64,000 bases of DNA from an uncultured Methanosarcinales archaeon (lineage in GTDB: Archaea; Nanobdellota; Nanobdellia; Woesearchaeales; JAGVZT01): NCBI GenBank assembly GCA_964354685.1, contig CAYHAM010000005.1:9942-73941 (forward strand). Direction: 5' to 3'. A program made the position numbers and the translations under genes. Every line of letters starts with the position of its first letter. The stretch's first letter is position 1. Positions 55,571-64,000 of the stretch are shown in pieces. The notes beneath the pieces are model-generated. The model saw only the letters and a program-made list of their open reading frames with translations, was not told the origin of the DNA and ran no database searches.

Positions 55571-55653
55571 TTAACGAGTTGCCAGTGTTCAATCGCATAA
55601 AAGGCAACTCGTGGTGATGTTGTTTCTATTTGCTTAGGTAATGAAGAGATAAC
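55571..55653 (+). repeat. Hairpin element copy 7 (55571-55616) plus second hairpin
   Basis: TTAA-CGAGTTGCC-A-GTG-TTCAAT-CGC-ATAAAA-GGCAACTCG-TGGTG, then gttgtttct..tgcttaggta..agagataac. Confidence 0.9.
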
Positions 55654-55702
55654 AGATTTTCAAAATCTTTATAAATCAAACTGATATTTGGGTGGTGTTA
55701 AG

Positions 55703-55882
55703 ATGGATAGGGAGCAACCTGTTGATCCTTATAAGGAGATTATGGAGAATATTGACTTGCTTAGTCCTGTTAAGAGATGTCCAAAGTGTAATGCCTTGAC
55801 TTTGCAATATGATGAGAAGAGTGGCAGAATATATTGTGAGGATTGTGGCTTTGAGAGATTCTTGCCAAGAGTGAAAAAATGA
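55703..55882 (+). CDS. Small zinc-ribbon protein (TFIIB-type)
   Basis: CPKC...YDEKSGRIYCEDCG; GGTGG RBS. Confidence 0.75.
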   Translation: MDREQPVDPYKEIMENIDLLSPVKRCPKCNALTLQYDEKSGRIYCEDCGFERFLPRVKK

Positions 55883-56769
55883 GTTGGTTAATTTTTGCTT
55901 TGTTGGCTGCTTTGTTTTTTTCTATTGGTTATATCCTTGACAAAATCCTGCTTGATAAACATTTTAAGCATCCACTTACATTGCTCGTTTTCAAAACCAT
56001 TATCTGGCTGAGCATATGGTTAGTTTTGCCTTTTACTGGATTTAGTATCCCTAGCAAAGAGTTGTTGTTCTTTATTATTGTGATTAGCTTGATTGATACA
56101 CTAGCATTTTTACCTTTTTTAAAGGCTATGTCGTTGGAGGAGGCATCAAGGATTGCACCTTTGCACGAGCTTCGGGCAGTTGTTGCCTTTGTGTTGGCTT
56201 TTTTGTTTCTAGGGGAGAGATTGAGTTCTAATCAGTTGATTGCGTTTGTTCTGATTCTTATTGGTGGATTTATTATCTCAGTTAAGGATGTTAAGGGTAT
56301 TTTCAAGATTAGAAGGGCATTTTGGTTGATGTGCTTGGTTATTGTAATGCGGGGGACCAACATAATTCTTCTTAAATATCTTTTTACTAATGCAGAGTAT
56401 TGGTCTGCCATTGCTCTCCTCATGTTGTTTGATTTTTTCATAGCCATTTGTTTTTTGGTTATTAAGAGCATAAGGTCTGAATTTTTAAGGACGTTTAGAT
56501 CTGGTAAGAGTATTTGGTTGTTGATAATTGCAAATGGTTTGATGTACATAGGTGGTATTCTCGCGAATAATTACGCGCTCAAGAGTGGACCTGCATCAAT
56601 CATTTCTGTTATAGGTGGGGTTAGAACCTTGTTTGTTTTTTTGATTGCAATATTGATTTCGAGGTATCTACCTAAAGTTTTAAAAGAGGAGCTTAGTTGG
56701 AATGTTTTGTTAGTGAAGATCATCGCTATTGGAATGATATTTGTTGGATTGTATTACTTGTATATTTGA
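55879..56769 (+). CDS. EamA/DMT transporter 1
   Basis: About 10 TM; KAM..EEASRIAPL, FLGERL. Confidence 0.88.
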   Translation: MSWLIFALLAALFFSIGYILDKILLDKHFKHPLTLLVFKTIIWLSIWLVLPFTGFSIPSKELLFFIIVISLIDTLAFLPFLKAMSLEEASRIAPLHELRAVVAFVLAFLFLGERLSSNQLIAFVLILIGGFIISVKDVKGIFKIRRAFWLMCLVIVMRGTNIILLKYLFTNAEYWSAIALLMLFDFFIAICFLVIKSIRSEFLRTFRSGKSIWLLIIANGLMYIGGILANNYALKSGPASIISVIGGVRTLFVFLIAILISRYLPKVLKEELSWNVLLVKIIAIGMIFVGLYYLYI

Positions 56770-56772
56770 GGA

Positions 56773-57669
56773 ATGAAAATGGATTGGTTGATATTTGCTT
56801 TGCTGGCACCTTTTTTGTGGAGCTTTACGAATATATTGGACAGAATTTTGACTTCAAGATATGTAAATCCAATGCATTATATGATAATCGGTGGTTTTAC
56901 ATGGTTGGCTAATTTGGTGTTTTTCCCTTGGTCAAATCTTAAGATTATTAGCCTCACTTTTGTTTTGCTTGTGCTTCTTGTTGGGTTGCTGAGAATATCC
57001 ACTTTTTTGTTTTATCTCAAGGCAATGCAGATAGAAGAGGCATCTATAGTGGCTCCTTTAGGTAATCTGAGTACTTTGTTTATTTTGATTATGTCTGCTG
57101 TTTTTTTGAAAGAGATCTTAACTAAAAATCAATTAATTGCATTTTTCTTGATTTTGATTGGTGCATTTATACTTAGTGTTAAGAAGGCAAAGGGTCTGTT
57201 TAAGTTGAGAAAGGCTTTGTGGTTTATATTGATAAACACTTCTCTGTGGGCGGTTTCTTATGTGTTGTTGAAATTTGCCTACAAATATGTGACATTGTGG
57301 GATGCTCTTGTGCTGATAGCTATTGGAGAGGCACTTGGTTGCTTTCTTTTGTTGTTAAATAAAAAACAAAGAGACAGCTTTGTAAAGAATGTAAAAAGAT
57401 ACAAAAGAAATGTGTGGTTGCTAATAGCGGTAAGTAGTTTTTTTGCTATCTTGGGAGGATTGGCTTCATGTGCTGCAATTTTGCTTGGTTCAGTTTCACT
57501 AGTTTCAGTTGTTGGTGGGTTCCAAGGATTATTTGTTCTTATCATGGCATTGTTGCTCTCAAAATATTTCCCTAAAATATTGAAGGAAGAGTTGGATAGA
57601 AAAGTATTACTAACCAAGTTTGTTGCAATTGCTTTGATGATCATAGGATTATATTTTTTGAATTTATAG
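56773..57669 (+). CDS. EamA/DMT transporter 2
   Basis: Paralog; KAMQIEEASIVAPL, FLKEIL. Confidence 0.88.
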   Translation: MKMDWLIFALLAPFLWSFTNILDRILTSRYVNPMHYMIIGGFTWLANLVFFPWSNLKIISLTFVLLVLLVGLLRISTFLFYLKAMQIEEASIVAPLGNLSTLFILIMSAVFLKEILTKNQLIAFFLILIGAFILSVKKAKGLFKLRKALWFILINTSLWAVSYVLLKFAYKYVTLWDALVLIAIGEALGCFLLLLNKKQRDSFVKNVKRYKRNVWLLIAVSSFFAILGGLASCAAILLGSVSLVSVVGGFQGLFVLIMALLLSKYFPKILKEELDRKVLLTKFVAIALMIIGLYFLNL

Positions 57670-57678
57670 GAGATAAAA

Positions 57679-58575
57679 ATGGAATGGGTATTTTTTGCAG
57701 TGTTGGCAGCGTTGCTGTGGGCTGTTGAGAGTGTTGCTGATAAGATAATAATAAGCAAATTCATTAAGGATCCAAGTGTTATGACAATTATTTGGGGTTT
57801 TTTGCAGCTTCTTGTCTTCTTTGTGTTGCTGTTTCATAATTTGGATGTTAGTAATGGTCTTATAATTTTATTAGCAATAATTAGTGGTATGATCGGCATG
57901 CTTGCAGCTGTACCTTATTTCAAAGCTTTGAACCTTGAAGAGGCCTCTCGTATTATTCCAATCATATATTTTTCCCCATTAATTGTTTTGATTTTATCAT
58001 TTATTTTCTTGGGTGAGAGGTTGGGTTTTATTCAGATTATTGCATTTTTTTTGATTCTTATTGGTGGATTTTTGCTGTCATTGAGGAATATTAAAGATAT
58101 GTTTACACTAAAGCGAGCATTTTGGCTAATGGTGTTTGTGGCTTTTTTGTCTGCAGTTTGGCAGATATTAATGAAGCATGTGTATTCAAATATCACTTTT
58201 TTAGATGGATTTTTTTGGTTTAAGATAGGGGGATTTTTTGGGGGCATTATATTGTTATTGTTGAAGAAAAACAGGGTGTCTTTTATTCAGAACTTACAAA
58301 CAATCAAAAGCAAGGTTTTTATTTTTGTTATGTTAGGTGTAGGGTTAGTATCTCTCGCAGATAGTTTAAGTTATGGTTATGCTATTAAGCTTGGTCCTGT
58401 TTCATTAGTTTCTGTTTTGGATGGGATAGCACCTTTGTTTATTTTAATAATAACTATCCTATTATCAAAATACTTACCAAAAATACTTAAAGAGGAGATA
58501 GATAAGAAAATTTTATTAACTAAAGCGTTTGCCATTGCTCTAATGATTGTGGGGTTGTGGTTTTTGTACATATGA
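57679..58575 (+). CDS. EamA/DMT transporter 3
   Basis: Paralog; KALNLEEASRIIP, FLGERL. Confidence 0.88.
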   Translation: MEWVFFAVLAALLWAVESVADKIIISKFIKDPSVMTIIWGFLQLLVFFVLLFHNLDVSNGLIILLAIISGMIGMLAAVPYFKALNLEEASRIIPIIYFSPLIVLILSFIFLGERLGFIQIIAFFLILIGGFLLSLRNIKDMFTLKRAFWLMVFVAFLSAVWQILMKHVYSNITFLDGFFWFKIGGFFGGIILLLLKKNRVSFIQNLQTIKSKVFIFVMLGVGLVSLADSLSYGYAIKLGPVSLVSVLDGIAPLFILIITILLSKYLPKILKEEIDKKILLTKAFAIALMIVGLWFLYI

Positions 58576-58578
58576 AAA

Positions 58579-59007
58579 ATGAAACCTGAGTATCATCTTG
58601 TGGCTTCTGCATTCCTTGGTTTGGTTGTGTTGTATTTTACAAAATCACCATTAGCAGCTTTGATGTGTTTTGTTTCAGGGTTTTTGATTATTGACCTTGA
58701 TCATTTTTTGGATTTTTGGGTTTACAAGAAAAAAATCACTTTTAGCAGAGAATTTTTTGAAAAGTATTGTGAAAGATCAGGAAAGATGTATATCTTTTTC
58801 CATTCATTCGAGCTTATTTTACTACTTTGGGTTTTGTTTGTAGTTTTTGATGTTGGTGTTGTGGGGATTGGGATAATGGTTGGGTTGCTATCGCATTTAT
58901 TAATAGATCTTTTAGGTAATGGTGTGCATCCTTTGGGTTATTTTCTAACCTATAGAGTTTTAAAAGGGTTTGATTTCAAACATTTTAATATAAAGGAGGG
59001 CTATTAG
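58579..59007 (+). CDS. Membrane-bound metal-dependent hydrolase-like protein
   Basis: H, DLDH, FHS and SHLLID motifs. Confidence 0.75.
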   Translation: MKPEYHLVASAFLGLVVLYFTKSPLAALMCFVSGFLIIDLDHFLDFWVYKKKITFSREFFEKYCERSGKMYIFFHSFELILLLWVLFVVFDVGVVGIGIMVGLLSHLLIDLLGNGVHPLGYFLTYRVLKGFDFKHFNIKEGY

Positions 59008-59056
59008 GAAAGTTTTATTAATCAAAAGGTTTATCATAGCAAAAGAGGTAATTAAA

Positions 59057-59581
59057 ATGACAAGGCATAGAGAGCAACGAATAGGTGTTTTTGTGGATGT
59101 GCAGAATTTGTATTATTCTGCAAAGAATTTGTATAAGAGGAAGGTAAATTTCAGAATAATATTGAATGAAGCAGTTGATGGGAGAAGGCTGTTAAGGGCC
59201 ATTGCATATGTTATAAAAGCAGATGTTAAGGACGAGAAAAACTTTTTTGTTGCATTAGAGAATATAGGTTTTGAGGTTAGGGCCAAGGATTTACAGGTTT
59301 TTTGGGGAGGTGCTAAGAAGGGTGATTGGGATGTTGGCATAGCTATGGATACCATGAGGATTGCCTCAAAGCTTGACACTGTTGTATTGGTTAGTGGTGA
59401 TGGAGATTTTACTGACCTGCTTCATCATTTGAAGGCATTGGGTTGTAGAACAGAGGTTATGGCATTTGGGAAAACAGCTTCCTCAAAGCTAATAGCAGAA
59501 GCAGATTATTTTGTGGATTTGGATAAAAATATAAGAAAGTTCCTGATAGCACCAACTAAAACAAGTTCAAAACCCTTCTAA
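59057..59581 (+). CDS. NYN/LabA (DUF88) PIN-like nuclease
   Basis: VFVDVQN, KGDWDVGIAMD, LVSGDGDF. Confidence 0.92.
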   Translation: MTRHREQRIGVFVDVQNLYYSAKNLYKRKVNFRIILNEAVDGRRLLRAIAYVIKADVKDEKNFFVALENIGFEVRAKDLQVFWGGAKKGDWDVGIAMDTMRIASKLDTVVLVSGDGDFTDLLHHLKALGCRTEVMAFGKTASSKLIAEADYFVDLDKNIRKFLIAPTKTSSKPF

Positions 59582-59905
59582 CCCATTAAGAACTTTGCTT
59601 AATTCATTAAAGATGTCTTTGATATTTGAGAAATCTCTTTTTAGACTTAGGTTGACTATGCCCTCACTCTCTTCAGCTAGTATAATATTCTTAACCTTTT
59701 CAATTAGATCTTCTAGGAATTCAAGATGGTCGCGAACCTCTTCAATGTCTTTGTAAGAACCTTCTTGAATTCTCCTTTTTATCTCTCGGCAAGATTCTTT
59801 ATCATGCCTTGGAAGCTCATACTCTTTTCCACCTTTTTTTTCATGCTCTTTGAATGGGCGACCATCTAGGTCATAATCATTATCTGGAGAGTTATGGTAT
59901 GGCAT
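59567..59905 (-). CDS. Hypothetical protein
   Basis: 112-aa helical ORF with upstream TATA. Confidence 0.5.
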   Translation of the reverse strand: MPYHNSPDNDYDLDGRPFKEHEKKGGKEYELPRHDKESCREIKRRIQEGSYKDIEEVRDHLEFLEDLIEKVKNIILAEESEGIVNLSLKRDFSNIKDIFNELSKVLNGLEGF

Positions 59906-60035
59906 CTTTATTTATAAGATAAGAGATTTTATAAAATTTTCTACTATAGCCTCTAAAACTATTGAAAAAGGGTCTCTAGAACAGCTCTTTTTATATTAGG
60001 TCATATATATGAAAAATATATGAAAAATAAAAAAT

Positions 60036-60182
60036 TTATGCTTTTCCAATGATCCTACTAACCTTAGTACCACACTTTGGGCATAAGCCCATGACCATTT
60101 TCATCTTATTTTTTGTTACTCTTTCTTTTGGATCCTTTATTTCAACCTGTTTTTTGCATTTCATACATCTTCCTTGTACCAT
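60036..60182 (-). CDS. 48-aa zinc-ribbon protein (DUF5679-like), absent from the ORF track
   Basis: MVQGRCMKCKKQVEIKDPKERVTKNKMKMVMGLCPKCGTKVSRIIGKA; upstream GGTGA RBS. Confidence 0.85.
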   Translation of the reverse strand: MVQGRCMKCKKQVEIKDPKERVTKNKMKMVMGLCPKCGTKVSRIIGKA

Positions 60183-60292
60183 ATACTTCACCTGTTTTTT
60201 ATTTGATATATAATCAAATATACATTTAATATATAAATTTATGTGTTTTTGACATCAAAAAATATAAAAACACAGCTACATACGTATATAAT

Positions 60293-60622
60293 ATGGAAAG
60301 AGGCAGGCCTGTTTTTAGCCAGATAAGGCAGAATATTATTGAAATACTCTATTTTTTGGGTAAAAGCTATGGTTATGATATTTACAAGGTTTATATGGCT
60401 GTTTTTCCAAAAATAACAATGAGGAGTGTTTATTATCAGCTTAGAAAGGGTGTAGAGCTTGGGGAACTTAAGGTTGAAAGGGTAATTAAGGAGAAGGGCA
60501 ATTACTCTTGGGGTTCTGAGGCTGAGAAAATATATTATAAGCTTGGAGCAAATGCCAAACCTAGTGGAGATAAGAGGATAAGGGAGTATTTGGAAAAGAT
60601 TGGAAAACATGGTAAGGGTTAA
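60293..60622 (+). CDS. Winged-helix (PadR-like) protein
   Basis: IIEIL...YGYDIYK...SVYYQL.KG...KIYYKL. Confidence 0.75.
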   Translation: MERGRPVFSQIRQNIIEILYFLGKSYGYDIYKVYMAVFPKITMRSVYYQLRKGVELGELKVERVIKEKGNYSWGSEAEKIYYKLGANAKPSGDKRIREYLEKIGKHGKG

Positions 60623-61247
60623 GATTTGTGGGATTACTAATGAAAAAGATGCTCTTTCTATTGCAAAGTTAGGGGTTGATGCTCTTGGTTTTGTGATAAC
60701 AGAAGGTAAATTTCCAAATAAGATCTCTGTTGAGGATGCAAAGAAGATTGTTGCTAAGTTGCCTCCTTTTGTGAGTTCTGTTATAAGTAGTAATCTTGAT
60801 TTAGATAATTTTGTCGAAATCTGTAAAACAATAAGGCCAGATGCTGTTGAGATACATTCTGATATGTGTATTAAAGACTTGAAATTAATTAGGAAAAGGC
60901 TTGAGGGAGTAAAACTAATAAGAACAGTGTTTGTTAAAGATGAAAGTGCTATTAAAGTTGCTAAAAGTATCAATGATTATGTTGATGCAATAACTTTAGA
61001 TAATCCACAAGGTATCTCTGGTGTCCTTGACTGGGATATCTGTAGTGAGATTGTCAAGCAATGTTCAAAGCCAGTTATACTAGCTGGTGGATTAAATCCA
61101 AACAATATTAGAGAAGCTATTCTAAAAGTCAAACCCTATGCTGTTGATGTTATATCTGGTGTTGAGAAAGAGCAAGGGAAGATGGATTTAGGGAAGGTTG
61201 AGAAATTTGTTAGAATTGCTAAGAGTGTAAATCTACCAAGGGTTTAG
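60609..61247 (+). CDS. trpF: Phosphoribosylanthranilate isomerase-like protein
   Basis: VKICGIT, GVDALGF, DW, ILAGGLNP.N, PYAVDV.SGVE. Confidence 0.85.
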   Translation: MVRVKICGITNEKDALSIAKLGVDALGFVITEGKFPNKISVEDAKKIVAKLPPFVSSVISSNLDLDNFVEICKTIRPDAVEIHSDMCIKDLKLIRKRLEGVKLIRTVFVKDESAIKVAKSINDYVDAITLDNPQGISGVLDWDICSEIVKQCSKPVILAGGLNPNNIREAILKVKPYAVDVISGVEKEQGKMDLGKVEKFVRIAKSVNLPRV

Positions 61248-61838
61248 TCTTGAAGTTAGGTTTCTATCAACCCTTCCTTTTGGTGCAGGGCTCATAAATA
61301 ACAGATTTAATGCTGGGGCTTGATAATTTCTAATTTGATGTGCATGTCCAGGTTTAACAGCTCTCCATTTAACATGTCTATCTTTCCTCCCTAGGGTTAT
61401 GATCTCATTTTCATCATTTAATCTTGATTGTCCACCTAAGGGTACATAAACCTCTAATGAAGGTGTTGCAGACTTTTGGTGTTCATGTTCATCTGATTCG
61501 TACGATGGAGCAAGTATTTGGACTAAATATAAAACAACATGATCCGGTCCTCTTGTTTCGCTCCACGGTACATAACCTGTTTTTGTACTGGTTGGTCTAA
61601 TAATTTCTCCTCTGGAATCTTTGTCCAATAACAATAAGTGATAACAGTGATAACAATATTTTCCACTCTCAATCAAAAAACCTTCTGCTATTCCAACATC
61701 CCCATAACAATCAATTAGTATAGGATCACAATCTTCCATTGGTGTTGTCACTGTTACAAAATATCCCCTTCCCATAGATTTCCGGATAATTCCCTGTAGT
61801 CCAGTATATGCTGCTCCAATTTCATCAACTATTCGCAT
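61233..61838 (-). CDS. Hypothetical protein with C-terminal cupin-like motif
   Basis: HEH..LEVYV.L.G...VKPGHAHQIRN. Confidence 0.6.
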   Translation of the reverse strand: MRIVDEIGAAYTGLQGIIRKSMGRGYFVTVTTPMEDCDPILIDCYGDVGIAEGFLIESGKYCYHCYHLLLLDKDSRGEIIRPTSTKTGYVPWSETRGPDHVVLYLVQILAPSYESDEHEHQKSATPSLEVYVPLGGQSRLNDENEIITLGRKDRHVKWRAVKPGHAHQIRNYQAPALNLLFMSPAPKGRVDRNLTSRLNPW

Positions 61839-62066
61839 GGATATTAAAGAGAAGCCCCTAGATGATGCACTTTCGAAATCTAGAGCATCATCAATACCCT
61901 CAAAATTTCCATAGACCTCTTCTATTGGGTAATATTCAGAAAATTATCTTGAATCTCTGCTAACACTTCTTCTCTTTGGTTATGTTTTGGAAGGACTAGT
62001 ACATCTAATTCCATTTTATAATATAAAAACTGTAACATATATATAAAATTTGTTATTTTTTAGTAG

Positions 62067-62753
62067 TCACTTTTCAAGTTTTCCCAAAAATCCTAGCAAT
62101 GCAAAGGCCTCTCTTTTTGTGAGCATTGATTTTGTTATTAGGCGCTTCCACACTTTTCTTTGGGTTTCTCGTTTTTGTTCTGTTGCAAAGTACATCTTCT
62201 CAAGTATATTGTCAACCTTTTTTAGTATAACCTCTTTTTCCTTTTTTGACATTGGTGTTATTTTGTCACCAAGTTTTGTTTTTTTAGAGCTTTTGAATAA
62301 TTCATACAGCACAATTGCAACTGCATGGCTTATGTTCATTGCTGGATAGTTTTTAGAGGTAGGTATTGTGATTATAAAATCACATAACTTTAGTTCGTGG
62401 TTTGTTAGGCCATGGCTTTCTCTTCCAAAAAGTAAGGCAATTTTAGCTTTTTTGTTTATTGTTAGTGCAAACTGTTCTGGACTAATAGGCACCCTCGGAA
62501 TATTGTAATCAGAGCCTATCTTTGAGGTTGTTCCAATCACATAATCAAATTTTTTAAAGTAATCAAAGCTTGCTATCTTTGCTTTTTTTAGGATTGATTT
62601 GGCATGCTTTGATCTGTCAAGAGCTTCTTCAGCTAATGGCTCACATTCTGGGTTTATTAGAACCAAATCATTTAACCCAAAGTTTTTCATTACTCTTGCT
62701 ATTGCTCCTAAATTTCCTGGGTTCTGAATACCTACTAACACAAGCGTTATCAT
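62067..62753 (-). CDS. trmJ: tRNA 2'-O-methyltransferase TrmJ family (SPOUT)
   Basis: PGNLGAIARVMKNFG, FGRESHGLTN.EL, YPAMNISHAVAIVLYE. Confidence 0.9.
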   Translation of the reverse strand: MITLVLVGIQNPGNLGAIARVMKNFGLNDLVLINPECEPLAEEALDRSKHAKSILKKAKIASFDYFKKFDYVIGTTSKIGSDYNIPRVPISPEQFALTINKKAKIALLFGRESHGLTNHELKLCDFIITIPTSKNYPAMNISHAVAIVLYELFKSSKKTKLGDKITPMSKKEKEVILKKVDNILEKMYFATEQKRETQRKVWKRLITKSMLTKREAFALLGFLGKLEK

Positions 62754-62786
62754 AGATCAAAGAAAGGGTAAATTGTATATAAATCT

Positions 62787-63971
62787 TCACCTAAACAGAG
62801 GGAGTAATATACCTAAAGCAATATTCATTATCAGCACAACTAGACAAAGTATGCTAATATTTTTCCAGAGTTTGTTTCCTTTTTTTGTACCTATTGTGTT
62901 TTGTAGTGAGATTTGCAACATTCTACCTCCATCAACAAGGCCTAATGGCAAGAGATTGGCAACACCTATGCCTAAGCTTAGGAAGAACACTAGACCCAAA
63001 ACTTCGGTTAGAATGAGTAAAATATGGTAAATAGGATTTATGTTCTGAAAGTTCTGCTTAAGACTGAATTCATTTTTTATTCCTAACACACCAATGTATG
63101 CTTTTTCAGGATCTTCTGAGTGTTTGGTTGTGGTTATTGTGAATGTTTGTTGCTCTGTGCTTAGGGTGATTACTTGACCAGGTTTTGTTTTGTTCAATAA
63201 TTCAATAAATGGCTCATAACCTGTTATTGGCTCTTCATTTACCATATTAAAGATCATTCCTGGCTTTAGCCCAGCAAGTTCAGCAGGTGTTCCAGGTTCT
63301 ACCCCCTCTATGGAAAAACCAATCGGCTCTGTTATCTTATCCATGGCTGGATTTATTGAAAATTGTAGAATAACGACAATTAGGAGAGCTAGGATTATGT
63401 TAGAGAAAGGCCCTGCTGCAAAAACAGAGTACTGTACAGCGTCTGATTTTTTTCTTAGTTGTTTTTCATCAGGCTCAACAAATGCCCCCATCAAAGGACC
63501 AAAGAAGAAAATGCCAGATGACTTAACATTGATTTTATGTGCGATGGATACAATTCCGTGTGAGAACTCATGAACAAGGATAACTAAGAATAATGCTATC
63601 CACCCAGATATTAGAGGTATGAATATAGGCGAACCAGGAACTTTAACACCAGGCAAGACAAGTGCAATTGCTGGTTGCGCATTTGGTAGTGTTGCTAACT
63701 CATACAGATTTTTTATTAGTAGATAAGAAATATAAAACATAAACAAAAAGCCAACACCTATTCCAATATAACCAAGTATTTTTACTAGCCCTTTTTGTTT
63801 TGTGCCAATGTTCTTGATTACTTTTAAACCAAACTTTGTTCTGTATAAGGCGATGATTTTTGATTGAAAATCAAACTTCTTTCTATTAACATAGACAAGA
63901 AAAATTATTGCTGTGTAGAAGAGTATAACAAATTTGTGTTCTAAAAAGAAATTCAATATTCCAAAACCCAT
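62787..63971 (-). CDS. Site-2 protease (M50) with PDZ domain
   Basis: HEFSH, GAFVEPD, AGPFSN, PAELAGL.PG, NLLP..LVDGG. Confidence 0.93.
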   Translation of the reverse strand: MGFGILNFFLEHKFVILFYTAIIFLVYVNRKKFDFQSKIIALYRTKFGLKVIKNIGTKQKGLVKILGYIGIGVGFLFMFYISYLLIKNLYELATLPNAQPAIALVLPGVKVPGSPIFIPLISGWIALFLVILVHEFSHGIVSIAHKINVKSSGIFFFGPLMGAFVEPDEKQLRKKSDAVQYSVFAAGPFSNIILALLIVVILQFSINPAMDKITEPIGFSIEGVEPGTPAELAGLKPGMIFNMVNEEPITGYEPFIELLNKTKPGQVITLSTEQQTFTITTTKHSEDPEKAYIGVLGIKNEFSLKQNFQNINPIYHILLILTEVLGLVFFLSLGIGVANLLPLGLVDGGRMLQISLQNTIGTKKGNKLWKNISILCLVVLIMNIALGILLPLFR

Positions 63972-64000
63972 CTTTACCTCTTTTTTTGGGCGCTTATTTC

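Noticed and set aside
5362..55616. Hairpin copies as a CRISPR array or integron attC sites
   Set aside because: Copies are kilobases apart among core genes, with no cas or intI. The loop resembles RYYYAAC but has no complementary GTTRRRY partner.
5362..55616. Hairpin copies as intrinsic terminators
   Set aside because: No consistent U-tract after the stem, and copies 5 and 7 lie between divergent genes.
60239..60973. 244-aa minus-strand ORF and the other short overlapping ORFs in the track
   Set aside because: Shadows of well-supported genes on the opposite strand or frame.

Overview
AT-rich archaeal chromosomal window, most consistent with a DPANN (Woesearchaeota-like) genome: archaeal uS7, PolB, XPD, Hel308, TruD, TrmJ, EndoV, BRE/TATA promoters and bulge-helix-bulge (BHB) tRNA introns. 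1-22.7 kb is a cell-surface region: a fibre protein with an intramolecular chaperone, three near-identical but mosaic pilin-like paralogs with candidate donor strands, Ig-fold membrane proteins, giant cadherin-like adhesins and a MoxR-DUF58-VWA operon. The rest holds a type IV pilus/Tad secretion module, a GT4-GH57 glycogen locus with three DUF5752-like proteins, housekeeping genes and ORFans. The ORF track misses three signals. (1) A dispersed, fixed-length 46-bp intergenic hairpin occurs as 7 close copies plus 2 divergent ones, with compensatory and G.U-consistent changes, suggesting a multicopy structured RNA or ssDNA element. (2) Five tRNA genes carry 10 introns, 6 at non-canonical positions. 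(3) A CAG-anticodon tRNA has an archaeal tRNA-Ser-like body, although CTG codons here sit at conserved Leu positions. All family assignments come from motif recognition by eye; no database search was run.
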